Shown: positions 52,753 through 63,780 of the stretch, in pieces | Numbering within the stretch: position 1 is the stretch's first letter | Layout of the letters: every line of letters starts with the position of its first letter | From: Pseudogymnoascus verrucosus | Taxonomy: Eukaryota | Length of the DNA: 64,000 bases | NCBI GenBank assembly: GCA_001662655.1 | Contig: KV460225.1 | Reading direction: 5' to 3' (one strand) | The notes under the pieces: generated by a model | Seen by the model: the letters and a program-made list of their open reading frames with translations, nothing else | What the model was told of the DNA's origin: nothing | Database searches by the model: none | Translations under genes and position numbers: made by a program

Positions 52753-53485
52753 ATGGCACCTGCCGTCGACCCCAAGGTTTGCTGCCGGCCAGCTAATGCA
52801 AATACTCTCGATTCCCAAGAGGATCAGATTGGCCGATCGCTCGAACAACGACGTCCGCAAGGCCATCTCCCCTGAGGTCCGCGAGACCACCATCCCCGAG
52901 CACCGCGGCGTTCGCAACATTATATCCGGCCACAATAGGGCGGTCTCCATGCCGATCCTTCCCATGACGGTATACGAGTCTATCCACCAGGGGTTCCACC
53001 CCCCAACTCGCACCCCTACGACGTTGCACGAGGAAATCTCCACCCTCATCAACGACCAATACGGTCCTGGCCCTGCAGAGCAGGATGAGGATACGCCTAT
53101 GATCCCGGACAATTTAACCAACAACTCCGCTGAATCTTACCGCCGCTATGCGGCTCAGCCCTATGTCGCCACGTCGCCGAGCTTCGGGAGTTCCATAAGC
53201 ATTACTCGGGCTACCGTCAACTCCACGGGACCCTCTAACAACACTGCCGCGGTCGACTTCGCCGCAGGCAACACTAGCCCTACGAACGAAACCAGCGAGG
53301 CCGAATTCCGGGCTGCCAGCCAAAGGGCAGCTGCCGCGACCCGCGCTGCCTGTCTGCTCATACGAAATGCTCCTAACTTCAACGTTGCGGAAACTTGGAT
53401 GGAGGATTTAAACAATGACCTTGAGGATGTTATCGAGGACGAGCACGAGTTTAGTATGGAAATCTACAGGCCAAATGAGAACTGA
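52753..53485 (+). CDS. Hypothetical orphan protein; probable short intron 52777-52819
   Basis: MAPAVDPK|gtttgc..gctaat..aag|RIRLADR joins a GC-rich open frame ending at 53485. No recognisable domain. Confidence 0.45.
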
Positions 53486-53599
53486 AGCTTCCTCCTATAG
53501 TTTACAACCACAATTTGTTTCCTTTCACTAGCGCATCGTCCCTACGGCGCCACAATGGCCTCCTCCCGCGACTGCTCTTTGTTTCTGCTCCGGTGCTAG

Positions 53600-54757
53600 T
53601 AGAGATCGACTTACCTTAGCTTAGTGAAGGCGAATCTGCCAATAGTATAATAGAGGCTATTACAACAGCTTATGGTAGAAATATACTCATAGCGTATATA
53701 AGGATCAGTCGCTTTCCCTATGGCTGCAGTTAAGAGAGCTTCTAGGACTAAGCTTATGCTATAGGTTAATACTACAAAACTAGCGGCTATAGTTACTCTA
53801 ATGACAGCGATAGATGCTACAGATGTCTAAGGATTCATAAGGTGCATCTTCGCGTACATTCTAGATTCTTAATAGCTATTACATAGGGTAAGGGTTAGGT
53901 AGTAGAAGTATAAGTCTTATTACTTAATTAGGTAGGTAGTAGCAGTAGTAGTAGCGCGTATAGGGTTACTAAACCTAATTAGGATTGTTTCTACATTTAA
54001 GTAAGGCATAATACCTAATTAGGATTGTTATAACATACTAATACTAATTTAGATTATTACAACAGGTAAGTATATGCTTAAAGAGGAAGTAGTACTTATT
54101 AATCTAAGCATAGAGGAAGTTAAGGAGGTCCCTAGTTAGAACAATATAATATAGCAATAGAGAAGAGCCATTACCTTTGTTATTAGCATTATAGAGGTCC
54201 TATTACACCTACTACTAATAGATCTCTTCTATTATAGACATAGAGATCTAATGCTCTTCTTAGATGCTATACAACTTCTATTAATTATTAAGTAGGTTAG
54301 TATAGGCCTGCTTCTTACTATAGAGGTAGGAAAATTCATATACCCCCTTTAAGAAGGTAATTCCTCTACCTTCCTACTATAGAGATCTTATATATCTAGG
54401 ATCTAAGGTAAGATTCTCTATAGAATTGTTATTAAATACATAAACCTTTACTAAATTAAAAGGCGTCTTAATAAGTCTATAAAACTAAGAGTATATTAGC
54501 CTATCTTTAGTCTTAGCTCCCTATAGTGCTATAAAAAGCGTCTAGCCTATTATATCCTATATTATAGCCTAGGTATATATTATACACTTTAGGTTGCCTT
54601 TAGCCTTACTTCTGTTAGGATTAAGGACTGCCTATGTTTTTATATATACGTTAAGGTAGCACTTCTTCTATAGGAACACCTTAGCCTTATAATCCTTAAG
54701 GAGCTAATTATAAGGTAGTGTACTATCTTTAGACATTACCTACTTTATACAATAAAG
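53600..54757. pseudogene. Heavily RIP-mutated, AT-rich relic with residual intron signals
   Basis: Extreme TpA enrichment. Several gtaag/gtagg...ctaat..tag intron-like remnants on the + strand. No ORF. Confidence 0.5.
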
Positions 54758-55221
54758 CCACTTCTCGGGGTCGGAGCTGCTGGATTTGGCAGGGCGCGGT
54801 TGCTGCTTTACGCACCCTTTACCTCCACGCTAACCCAAATGCACGTGATCACAGATCGCGTCACAGCCCCCCACATCGGTTACCCTTCAAACGGTTCCTG
54901 GTTCCTGGTCCCTATGGTCTGCTTTCTAGTTTCCGTTTCTCTCTTTTCTGCTCGCCCTAAGGTACCACCCACCGGCCATCATGATCATGAGGGCCACTAC
55001 ACGGTGTACCACCCGGTCGCTCGGACTGGCCACTTGTTTAAATACCTTGCTATCCCGTGGCCTACATCGTGTACCACCTATCTCTTCCTAAAAGCTGCCC
55101 TCACGCCCTCGAACAAGTCAGCCTAATAGGTATTCGTCTCCTAAAGGCAGCCCCCCGCGACTTAGCATTTAGAGCTCTGCGTTCATCTCATCATCCTAGG
55201 TCTATCGCTAAGTCGCCTGTC

Positions 55222-57785
55222 ATGCCCACTAACGGAATAGGCAACCGGCAACTGCCTACTCTAAAGCAGAACATGATAAGCTTCGTCACTAAACGGACGA
55301 GACAAGCTCAACAGCTAAAGAAGCCTAAGCGTACCGCTAAGGACTACCGGGTTATAGGACGAGAGCTTAGCACTAAATCTTAGAAACCTAACGATGCTAA
55401 AGCTACGAAAGAGAATGTCTAAGGCATATAGCGCAAGTAGTCTAAGTAAGTCAACAATGTCCCCTTTAAGGCTCCTATCACTTACTCGAGATAAGGTTCT
55501 GCGCTTTTTAGGGTGTGAAAGACGTGCGAGGAGCTATTTAACAATGCGATAAAGCGACGACTATGTTGTTCCTATGCTTCATCTACGAGAATTGTAAAGT
55601 TAAGGCGTTTAACTCTGTCTACTAGTACTTGCTGTAGTTTAAACAACTCTATAATCGGGTTAATAGGTGCTACATAGATACAAACGATGCAAAAGAAGTG
55701 TTTAAGGTATGCTCTTGTATTCTATGTTATTTATAGAAGACATGGCACTAACACCACCGTTCTTATAGTATCTAGATATGACCTTAGCAGACGAATTCAA
55801 ACTTAGACGGACGATGAAGGCTAAACTAGTGTTAGGAGCAGACGATATCCTTCTCCTCCTCACTTACCTCTAGGCTTAGGATACCTCCGTATTTCCGACT
55901 AAGGACTAACGGTTAACGACTACAACAATAATGCTCCTTTCTATCTATACTAGTTGTCGACCTATAGAGCTAGTTGACGCTTTAAAGCGTGTAGGCGGAA
56001 AGACAACCTCTTGCAAACGCCCACATATAGAAGTCTAGGATTCCGTTGATGACTTAGATGAAGATGAGAGTGTAGATAAGGGAGAGGGATTAGATAAGCC
56101 GAATTATTAAGGGCGAGCACCATAGGATAATAAAAGCGATTCTGAATATAATAATGATAACTTCGACCCTAACACTATAGAACGGAAATATAAGAGTTTA
56201 TGCTATAAGGACATCTGCCTCTAGATTGTTCGGAACCCTACATAGGGAGAACGAGACCTCCTAGGCATAGAGATCACTTTCTCCCATTATAAAGGTGCTG
56301 ATAGGAAACCGAAACCGTATGTCCCTCTATAATGCCTCTCCCTTATCCTAACTAACTTCACGACTTTAGCACGACTTTCCTCTTTCATAAAGAGGCCCTT
56401 CCTATACTTTGCCCTATTAGCCATGTCTTGGCTCACGTAATAAAGGATGATGCAATTGAGGTTAGAGGCTCGTTGCACGCAGAGCCTTTCTTTACAAGTC
56501 ATCTGCAGCACCCTACGAAAGCCGTATTGATTCACTAGAAGCTAGAGATGCTTAAAAGGCCTATATTTCGTCAGGTGGTGCACTCGTGCGATTTGTTCCG
56601 TACGTTGGAGTAGAAGGCTCTACGCTACTCGACCTACGCTTACTACCTTGATCGTCTCGGCTAGGCGACTGGTTTTAAGCAGAAGTTGACGAGCTACTAT
56701 TTTCGCAAAGGCATAGGAAACGCTGTTGACGGTAAACTTCTCACTGACCATAGCTTGCTTTAACTGACGATTGCGTAGGGGCTGCGACGACAGCAGTTCG
56801 CGACTAGATACTAAGGCACAATCCCTAGACTAGAGTATTCTCTAGATCATACATCAATGAGAAAGTCAGATTCATCGTTCAAGATGCAGTGCTAGACCAG
56901 CCTACCGACTCTGGCTTTCTCTAGGCCTTCACACACATGAGTCTCACCTGTGATCCCCGCGCGCCTCAGACAGTACCTAACCATGTTCGCGATGACCTCC
57001 CGCCTAATCTAGAGCTAGTGCAGCTAAAGCTTAAGCAGCAAGAGCTTCGCTTAGAGCTGAAGCGTTTGTATGGACACGCATTTGTTCAGGGTTCAATTGG
57101 CACAGAAGCTAGTGAAGAATATCGTCAATTAAATCGACAGATTGCTACAGTAACTAAGACGTTTAAGCGAGAGCTCAAGAGGGAGTACCGCCGAGACTAC
57201 TTCTACCAAATCCACAACGAAGAACTTAAGAAGATCATTAAGAAGGTCAAAGTCGTGACACCGACTTATGTTGAGCCAGTCGTTAAGCACCAGCTGTCGG
57301 AACGGACCTAGCTTCAAGAAATCATGTGCAACCTTTCTAAGGATCTAAGTGCACGTGATATCGTCATACGACGGATTCATGCCATCGACACAATGGTCGC
57401 TCTATCTCGTCGCTAAGAGGTCTAGTGTCATAAGTCACGGCTAAGCAAATCGTCCTCGGGGTCTCCTCTTGTAGGGTCCCCCGAGGTGAAGGAAGAATCG
57501 CCTGTTCCTGAAACATTTCCCGTGAAGTGCAAGGAAACTCAGTGTATATTTTGTATTGGTGACGATCGTCAAAGTTATGACAGGCGCATGCGCACATTTT
57601 CGAAACCCGACAAGATGAAGGACCACGTTGAGAGGCATTTAGAAAAGAGGACACTAGGAAAGTATGAATGCTGCCATCCAGTTTGCAAGGCCGAGGGGCT
57701 ACTTCTCGACAACATCATCCTTTTCAAGAATCACGTGGAGATGGTGCATGGCATTAGACTTCGAGACCTAAAATACATCTCTTGA
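55222..57785 (+). pseudogene. RIP-inactivated DUF3435-type tyrosine recombinase (Starship captain-like) with C-terminal Zn-finger-like region
   Basis: Reading through stops gives YT(S)CRP.EL (~55950), LTSYYFRKGIGNAVD|GAATTAVRD*ILRHNP*T.VFS.SYINEKVRFIVQDA, MSLTCDPRAP, EYRRDYF and CIFC..H..RH..CCHPVC..H..H. Stops are mostly TAG/TAA at Q/W-like positions. Confidence 0.8.
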
Positions 57786-57970
57786 AGAGCAATTGGTCCT
57801 TGTAGCATTGTCCATTCTGAACCCCACCTTAAACATTGCCTTCTGCCTTCATTCTGCAAGTATGTGGCGTATATACTAGGACATCGTTCAACTAATCGTA
57901 TATCCCCGTAACCATCAAGCCGTCACGACGTTTCTACCGCGAAGTGAAATAGATGTTCCCGTGCAGGTTC

Positions 57971-58755
57971 TCAACGCCGACTCCGGAGCCAGCGCTGCAC
58001 GTTTCGCAAGGGTGGATCTTCGTCCGTCCAGCGGCCCATAGTCTAGTCTGAGTTACGCAATAAATTGTAGATGTTCTCATCGGTGACTGTTGCGAGTTCC
58101 TGTATTACCTGTCAGCACTGTATCCTCGCTCCTATCGTGGTGGTTTTGTTTCAAAATTCGCCAAATCCAGAGGGGAAGAGAACAACTGGGTCATGTAGTA
58201 AAAATGAAAAACGCACAGCTCGCAGAGCTTGGTCGCCAGATACCAAAGCAGGCACATGTGATGGATCGGGCCTCAGTAACACGCTATCCCGCCATGCGAC
58301 CCAGCGCATGGCTGCACTCTGCCTCATACATATCTTCTGCGCCTCGTGTCGCCTCGAAAAACTATCCAGCAGCACCTGCGTCAACTCCGCCTTCTCCTGC
58401 TCCGCCGGGCCGCTCCGGCCGGTTGGCACGCGCGTGTCGGCCGCCACGTTCAGGACATGCTGCCCGTCCACTGAGCATTGGCGGAGCGCCGCGTAGCCTT
58501 CGGTATAGAAGCCATCCGGGCGAGGAGAGTCGCAAGTTACTGAGACAATGCTGTACTGGAGGGCGCGGAAGTCGGAGAGGAGGTCGGCGACGCGGGTCGC
58601 CCGCGCATCGTTTACTGGAAAGTGGATCAGTCTCGATTGCACCGTGCGGTGGCAAGGTGGCAATTTATGAGCATCTTGTCAAAGTTGGAGTCGATCAGGG
58701 TGGCGGAGACGGGCGGGAGCTTAAGAAATGTGGAATACTCACATCCGTCTGCCAT
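57971..58755 (-). pseudogene. Conserved-looking small fungal hypothetical protein gene (2 introns) with one in-frame TAG at 58043-58045
   Basis: MADG|LNDARATRVADLLSDFRALQ..FYTEGYAALRQC..ALRA|ELATVTDENIYNLLRNSD*TMGRWTDEDPPLRNVQRWLRSRR*. Confidence 0.65.
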
Positions 58756-59127
58756 TGGGGCGATAAAATATATCCGAACCAACTGCGTGGTATTTGGGCC
58801 GAATGCCGCTCTTGGCAGTCCCGTGCTTCCATATAAAATCGGCCACACAAGGCAAATACCGCTCCAAATACCGCTTAACAGGTGAGATATTATTCCCCCT
58901 TTCGAGAGCCAGTAGAAATCCCAAACCCCAGTAATCGTATTGTAGAGTAGTATTTGAGTGTAGAACCAATTTATATCTTGGTCCGAATTATATTGCGTTG
59001 AATAACCTAACTCCTTATTTGGGGTTACCCCAAGCCGTGCACCCAATTATAAATATCAATATGGAAAATCAAACGCAACTCTGGCAATTGATAGCCTCGC
59101 GGTCCATAATGGTCTGGCCTATTACTA

Positions 59128-59545
59128 CTAACCCACCGATCTAAAGTTTATGCAAGGCAGAGCGGACGGGATTGCGTAGTTCTCGAGGCTCTCGATGACG
59201 CGCTTGATGAAGGGGTGGTGGGGGACGGAGCCCAGGGCGTCATTACCAATTCCCGTCGGGAGACTGCGACGCAGCCAGGCGGGGTATTCGAGCATAATCT
59301 CGAGGCGTCTTGCGCATCCGTCGTCGAGATCAAGGTAGATGCCGCCATAGTGGTCGAGGACGAAGTAACGTATCGCGTCGGCGCGTTGGACGGGGAAGGG
59401 GTATGAGTCGAAGGTCTCGAGAAACCCGCCGTATTCCTTCCGAATGAATTCGCGGGAGAGAGAGTTAGTCAAGAGCTTTTATTCGCAGTCTGGATGCAAG
59501 GCGATGCATGATTTCTGGCTATGCACCCATTGTGCGGGGGGTGCC
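59128..59545 (-). pseudogene. GT32 mannosyltransferase (MIPC synthase SUR1/CSG1-like) fragment
   Basis: SCIALHPDCE*KLLT..SREFI..FLETFDSYPFPVQRADAIRYFVLDHYGGIYLDLD..PTGIGND..PHHPF. It has an in-frame stop, no N-terminus and is cut after LPCI. Confidence 0.8.
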
Positions 59546-60619
59546 GTGAGCCAAATTGGGTACAAGCCTGTATAAACCAGGAGAACAACCTCTGTTCTCT
59601 TTCCGCTCGATGGCACGAAGCGATGCATTTCGTTCGCAAGCTGGGCAATATTAATACGCGAACGAAGACTGCTCAGGAAGTGGAACAATAATTGATTTCG
59701 GAGAAGAAGGTGATGGCAATTTCGACCAGTGTCACACCCTTGACCAACCCGCCAGGTCGGTATTTGGGAATGACGTAGGTCCCATTCATCCAGGTATGAA
59801 ACAAGGCTCTCCACCGTGACCAAGGCTCTACTTTGCTAACAGGCAGTCTAGTGTTTGTGACACAGGGTACTGAAGGCGAGGAGACATGCTTCGAGGAATT
59901 TGAAATCGAATCCGGATATTGCCAGGGTTTTGGGTTTGATTTGCGGTCTTGGAAGGGGCGTAATTGAATAGTACTGCACAAGCCCGTCTCCGCAAAATAT
60001 TCGGGGCTACTCTGCAAGTCTGCGTGTTTGCAGAGCTAAGGAGTTGACGGGGTGGAATCAACAGTTTCTTTTCTACTGTAGCCTACTGTACGTAGAACCT
60101 ACAGTCCTCATTTGGACTGGGTGGGAATTGAACAACTTTACTCGGGATAAATATATGCCGCCACAGACACCGGAGATGGGCTCATTGCTCATACGTCGTC
60201 ATCTGCGGGCGCTGTTCATTATACTGTTTTGCTCATCGTAATTCCCGAGAGGTAGAAGTGCTACCCTAGTTTACGGACCTCAGCCGGAGTGCGAGTCATT
60301 GTTATTATCAGGCTCAGCGTCCTTTAATTCCTGCTCTGGGACCACCGAGAAGCTAGGAGAGAGAAGACCTTGGATAACGATCTTCGTGGATAGTCTTCCA
60401 ATATATGGATGTTGAAGGACCTCACTGATGGAGCCTGCCTTAGTGTCTCCCGTTTTGTAGATAAGATAAAGAGATAAGTAAGCCCTGGAGCATAAATAGT
60501 TAGGCCTTGCCCTTCAAATTGACGTGAACCTATCGAAATCGCCAATTTTTTTTCCATTCTAATTCGAGCTCCATTCCTTATATTCGTCAATAGCTACCAC
60601 GAACATAATATCCATTACG

Positions 60620-61807
60620 ATGGCTCAGGTCCAAGGCCACTGCGACGCCCGGTTTTCCAAGCTACGCGACTTAATGCAAGAGTTTATCGTGTCCGGACAA
60701 GACGTCGGTGCCAGTTTGTGCATTAATATTAACGGCGAGGATAACGTGGTGGACATATGGGGGGGGTACGCTGACCCATTGACCAAGAAACCATGGGAAA
60801 AGGATACGGTAGTGAGCGTCTTCTCGACCACGAAGCTAGTCACCAACCTGGCGGCTCTAATGCTAATATCGCGTGGTGTGCTTCGCCCCGAGGACAAGGT
60901 GGCCCAGCACTGGCCTGAGTTTGCAGCAAACGGGAAGTCCGAGGTTACTGTCGGCCAAGTGCTAGCCCACACAGCGGGTCTCAGCACGTGGCAAGACAAT
61001 ATGACACTGGAGGAAGCGTGCGATGTCGAGGCAGCAACCGACAAGCTGGCGCGCCAGGCACCGCTGTGGGCTCCCGGAACCGCCATGGGATACCACGCTG
61101 TGACGCAGGGATTCCTCGTCGGGGAGCTGGTGCGAAGGAAAACGGGAATGTCAATCGAGAAGTTCGTAACGGAGGATATTTGCCGACCGCTGGGCGACGG
61201 GGCGGACTTCCAGCTCGGGTGTCGCAAGGAGGACTGGAACCGGGTGGCCCCCGTCGTACCTCCACCGGGACCTTCGATCCAGAAGGTGCTTAGCCAACTA
61301 CCGGAATACGATCCAGACTCGCTCCTCGTGCGCACCATTTGTAACCCCATGTTCAGCGCCGAGGATGCAAACTCTGTGCTCTGGCGGTCCAGCGCGTTGG
61401 GCTCAGTCAACGGCCACACAAACGCTAGGGCGTTGGTTAAGATCCTCTCCTGCTTCTCGCTCGGCGGTACATGTGCCGAAGGAGGCCATCGCCTGCTGTC
61501 GGCCGAGACGGTAAAACTAGCGCTTACGGAGCATGCGATTGGGAAGGATGTGGTAATGGGGCGGAGCGGGAGGCGTGGACTTGGGATTTACCTCACCGGG
61601 TCGGGGTCGGGGGTCGTCGAAGGCAAGTTACCGGAGGGCAGTGTTGGGTGGGGTAGCGGATGGGGCGGTTCGATCGTGGTTATGGATAGCGATAGGAAGC
61701 TCACGATCGCGTATACCATGAACAAGATGCTAAACGATAATCATCCTTCTCCAGCAGCATACATTAAGGCAGTCTATAAGATACTTGGAGTTACCCTGGC
61801 TGTCTAG
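60620..61807 (+). CDS. Beta-lactamase-fold serine hydrolase (class C/family VIII esterase-like), intronless
   Basis: FSTTK (SxxK), LAHTAG, PGTAMGYHA (catalytic Tyr), GWGGS and AYTMNKM. Confidence 0.92.
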   Translation: MAQVQGHCDARFSKLRDLMQEFIVSGQDVGASLCININGEDNVVDIWGGYADPLTKKPWEKDTVVSVFSTTKLVTNLAALMLISRGVLRPEDKVAQHWPEFAANGKSEVTVGQVLAHTAGLSTWQDNMTLEEACDVEAATDKLARQAPLWAPGTAMGYHAVTQGFLVGELVRRKTGMSIEKFVTEDICRPLGDGADFQLGCRKEDWNRVAPVVPPPGPSIQKVLSQLPEYDPDSLLVRTICNPMFSAEDANSVLWRSSALGSVNGHTNARALVKILSCFSLGGTCAEGGHRLLSAETVKLALTEHAIGKDVVMGRSGRRGLGIYLTGSGSGVVEGKLPEGSVGWGSGWGGSIVVMDSDRKLTIAYTMNKMLNDNHPSPAAYIKAVYKILGVTLAV

Positions 61808-62415
61808 GATCACGGCGAATGGTCTACATGTGCCATTATCTGAGATAAAAGGCGCAGAGCCATTTCTTCTGTATCAAGTCTTAAGCACGGCCTCAAAGTG
61901 CTTTACAATCTCAAGAGTACTTTACAATCTCAAGAAACTAGAATTGATATAACAGAGAAAATTCACGGAACTGTCTCGCAGTTCTGCAACTAGATGGAAT
62001 CAAAGTGTGCAGTATGGTTTGCCCTGATTAGGTAAATAGAGGAATGATCAAGTAGGAAAGAGGCAAAAAGTGGCATCGTTAATTATTTTTAATCCAATTC
62101 CCCATTATAGTCCATATCCGTCCACGTCCTCAGGAAAGTGACGCGCAAATGATTCTTCATTCTTTCGTCCCTAAGAATAACCCCTACTCCATGTCTGCCA
62201 AGTTACTCTGGTTTCAGTAGAGGATTGTGCTACGAACCCTAGGAATGCTTATTGAAGGACAAACTACTATCAGATGTAGTCACATGAGGCAATATGACGT
62301 GTGCTCACAATCTCAACTCTGGTAACCTCTAATATCTTGCGGCAGGCTCCCTATCTCCGTGCACCTAAGAGTGATCCACGGTATCATTTCAAGATGGAGA
62401 AGGCACTTCCCAACT

Positions 62416-62478
62416 TCAGTTGGAGCCTATCTCCAGGATGATTTCGTCGGGAAGGCGGCAAAAAGGTATGTCACCCAT
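62416..62478 (-). pseudogene. Possible F-box gene remnant
   Basis: MGDIPFCRLPDEIILEIGSN* resembles the LPxEIxxxI start of an F-box, followed by an immediate stop. Confidence 0.25.
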
Positions 62479-62952
62479 CACGTATATTGACTGGTATGAG
62501 GGGTTATCATCGCATCGCGATGTATGTATTACCGACTGTCGGTGAGTCCGAGATGAGCTAAGATAATAGGGTTATCATCAAATACGAAGTAGATTCTGAA
62601 GGCGAAAACTCATGAGGGATGAAACTGGAGTCGGAGGTCTAGGTCTGTGGAGCGTTATGAGTTATGATGCCGGACTGTGTGATCGTGGAGGTTGAGGAGA
62701 TGCAAGGCGAGCTGTGGAAGATGTGTCGGGGGATGTTGGAGAGAGGAGAGATGAGAGAACAGAGAGGGATAGTGATGAACTTATATTTGAGGCGGGGTAA
62801 GGGTTCGCGATTCCTTGCATTTCAGCTGGTTGAGGCGCAGCCTTGCAGCTTGTTGGTAGTCACGGGCACACGCACCACTCCAGCCAGGTGCCTCAGTATA
62901 TACTATTTTCGACAGGCTTTTGTCAGCATATTTTTGCCCCAGAATAGTAAAG

Positions 62953-63115
62953 AGGTACCCAAAAAAAGTTAGGTACCTGCAATTAAAGGTACCTGACTTT
63001 TTTCAGGTACCCAAAATAAATCAGGTGCCTGCTTCTACAGGTACCTTACATTTCTCCGGTACCTATAAAAAATCAGGTACCTGCTTTTAAAGGCACCTGA
63101 CATTTCTCCGGTTCT
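62953..63115. repeat. Array of GGTACC palindromes in a 52-bp higher-order repeat, 3 copies
   Basis: Cores at 62954, 62972, 62988, 63006, 63024, 63040, 63058, 63076, 63092 and 63110 (spacing 18/16/18). Confidence 0.88.
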
Positions 63116-63210
63116 TCAACTCGTTACAATAGCGCACTTGAAGCGATCCGATGCTCCTCTCTGAAAAAGCACGAATAAACGCCAGATGGATCTCTTTCCA
63201 CGGCACGCCA

Positions 63211-63237
63211 ATGATGACTAATTGCGTTAGTCATCAT
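63211..63237. promoter_or_regulatory. Perfect 11-bp inverted repeat containing two TGACTAA (AP-1/Yap1-like) sites
   Basis: ATGATGACTAA-ttgcg-TTAGTCATCAT, about 550 bp upstream of the ATG at 63781. Confidence 0.45.
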
Positions 63238-63780
63238 AACCCAGCTGATCAGGCGCGTTTCGGCCTTTGAGATGTGCTGAGCTTTTTCTCGCTGACTCCT
63301 ACTAGCAACAATTTGAGTGCGTTGTAGATGACCCTATATCGGATGCAGTAAGCCTGCATGCTTTAATTGCTTCCAGTATGTACTCACGTATCGTGGAAAT
63401 TTTGCTCTCCCACGCCGCGCACGGTCAGTGCCACTCCCTTTTGAAGCTCGGACGTAACTGTAATTCCAATATAGAAGCAGGTACAGGATTCAGCTGCGAC
63501 AAAATAATATCCCTTTCATTTATAGGTAATATCATCAACAACATGACAACAATGGGTGGAGGATCATTGGATGGAGGATCGACAACCTTAAATGGGGGGA
63601 AGATGGTGCGGGTTTGCGGGATAATCCCGCCTTTTAAAACGTTTCCCCAATTAGGCAGGCCAACACGACAAGTTAAGGCACCAGGAACACCATACTTACG
63701 TGGTCACACTCCACATACATAGCACTCCCTAGTAAATTACAATTATTTCTAGATATATCACAACAATAAAGATCTCTAAA

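Noticed and set aside
60620..61807. Recent bacterial transfer of an antibiotic-resistance beta-lactamase
   Set aside because: Lack of introns is insufficient evidence. This esterase-like family is common in fungi, and activity cannot be inferred.
61901..61935. 16-bp direct repeat ctttacaatctcaaga x2 as an element boundary
   Set aside because: An isolated local duplication with no supporting terminal structure.
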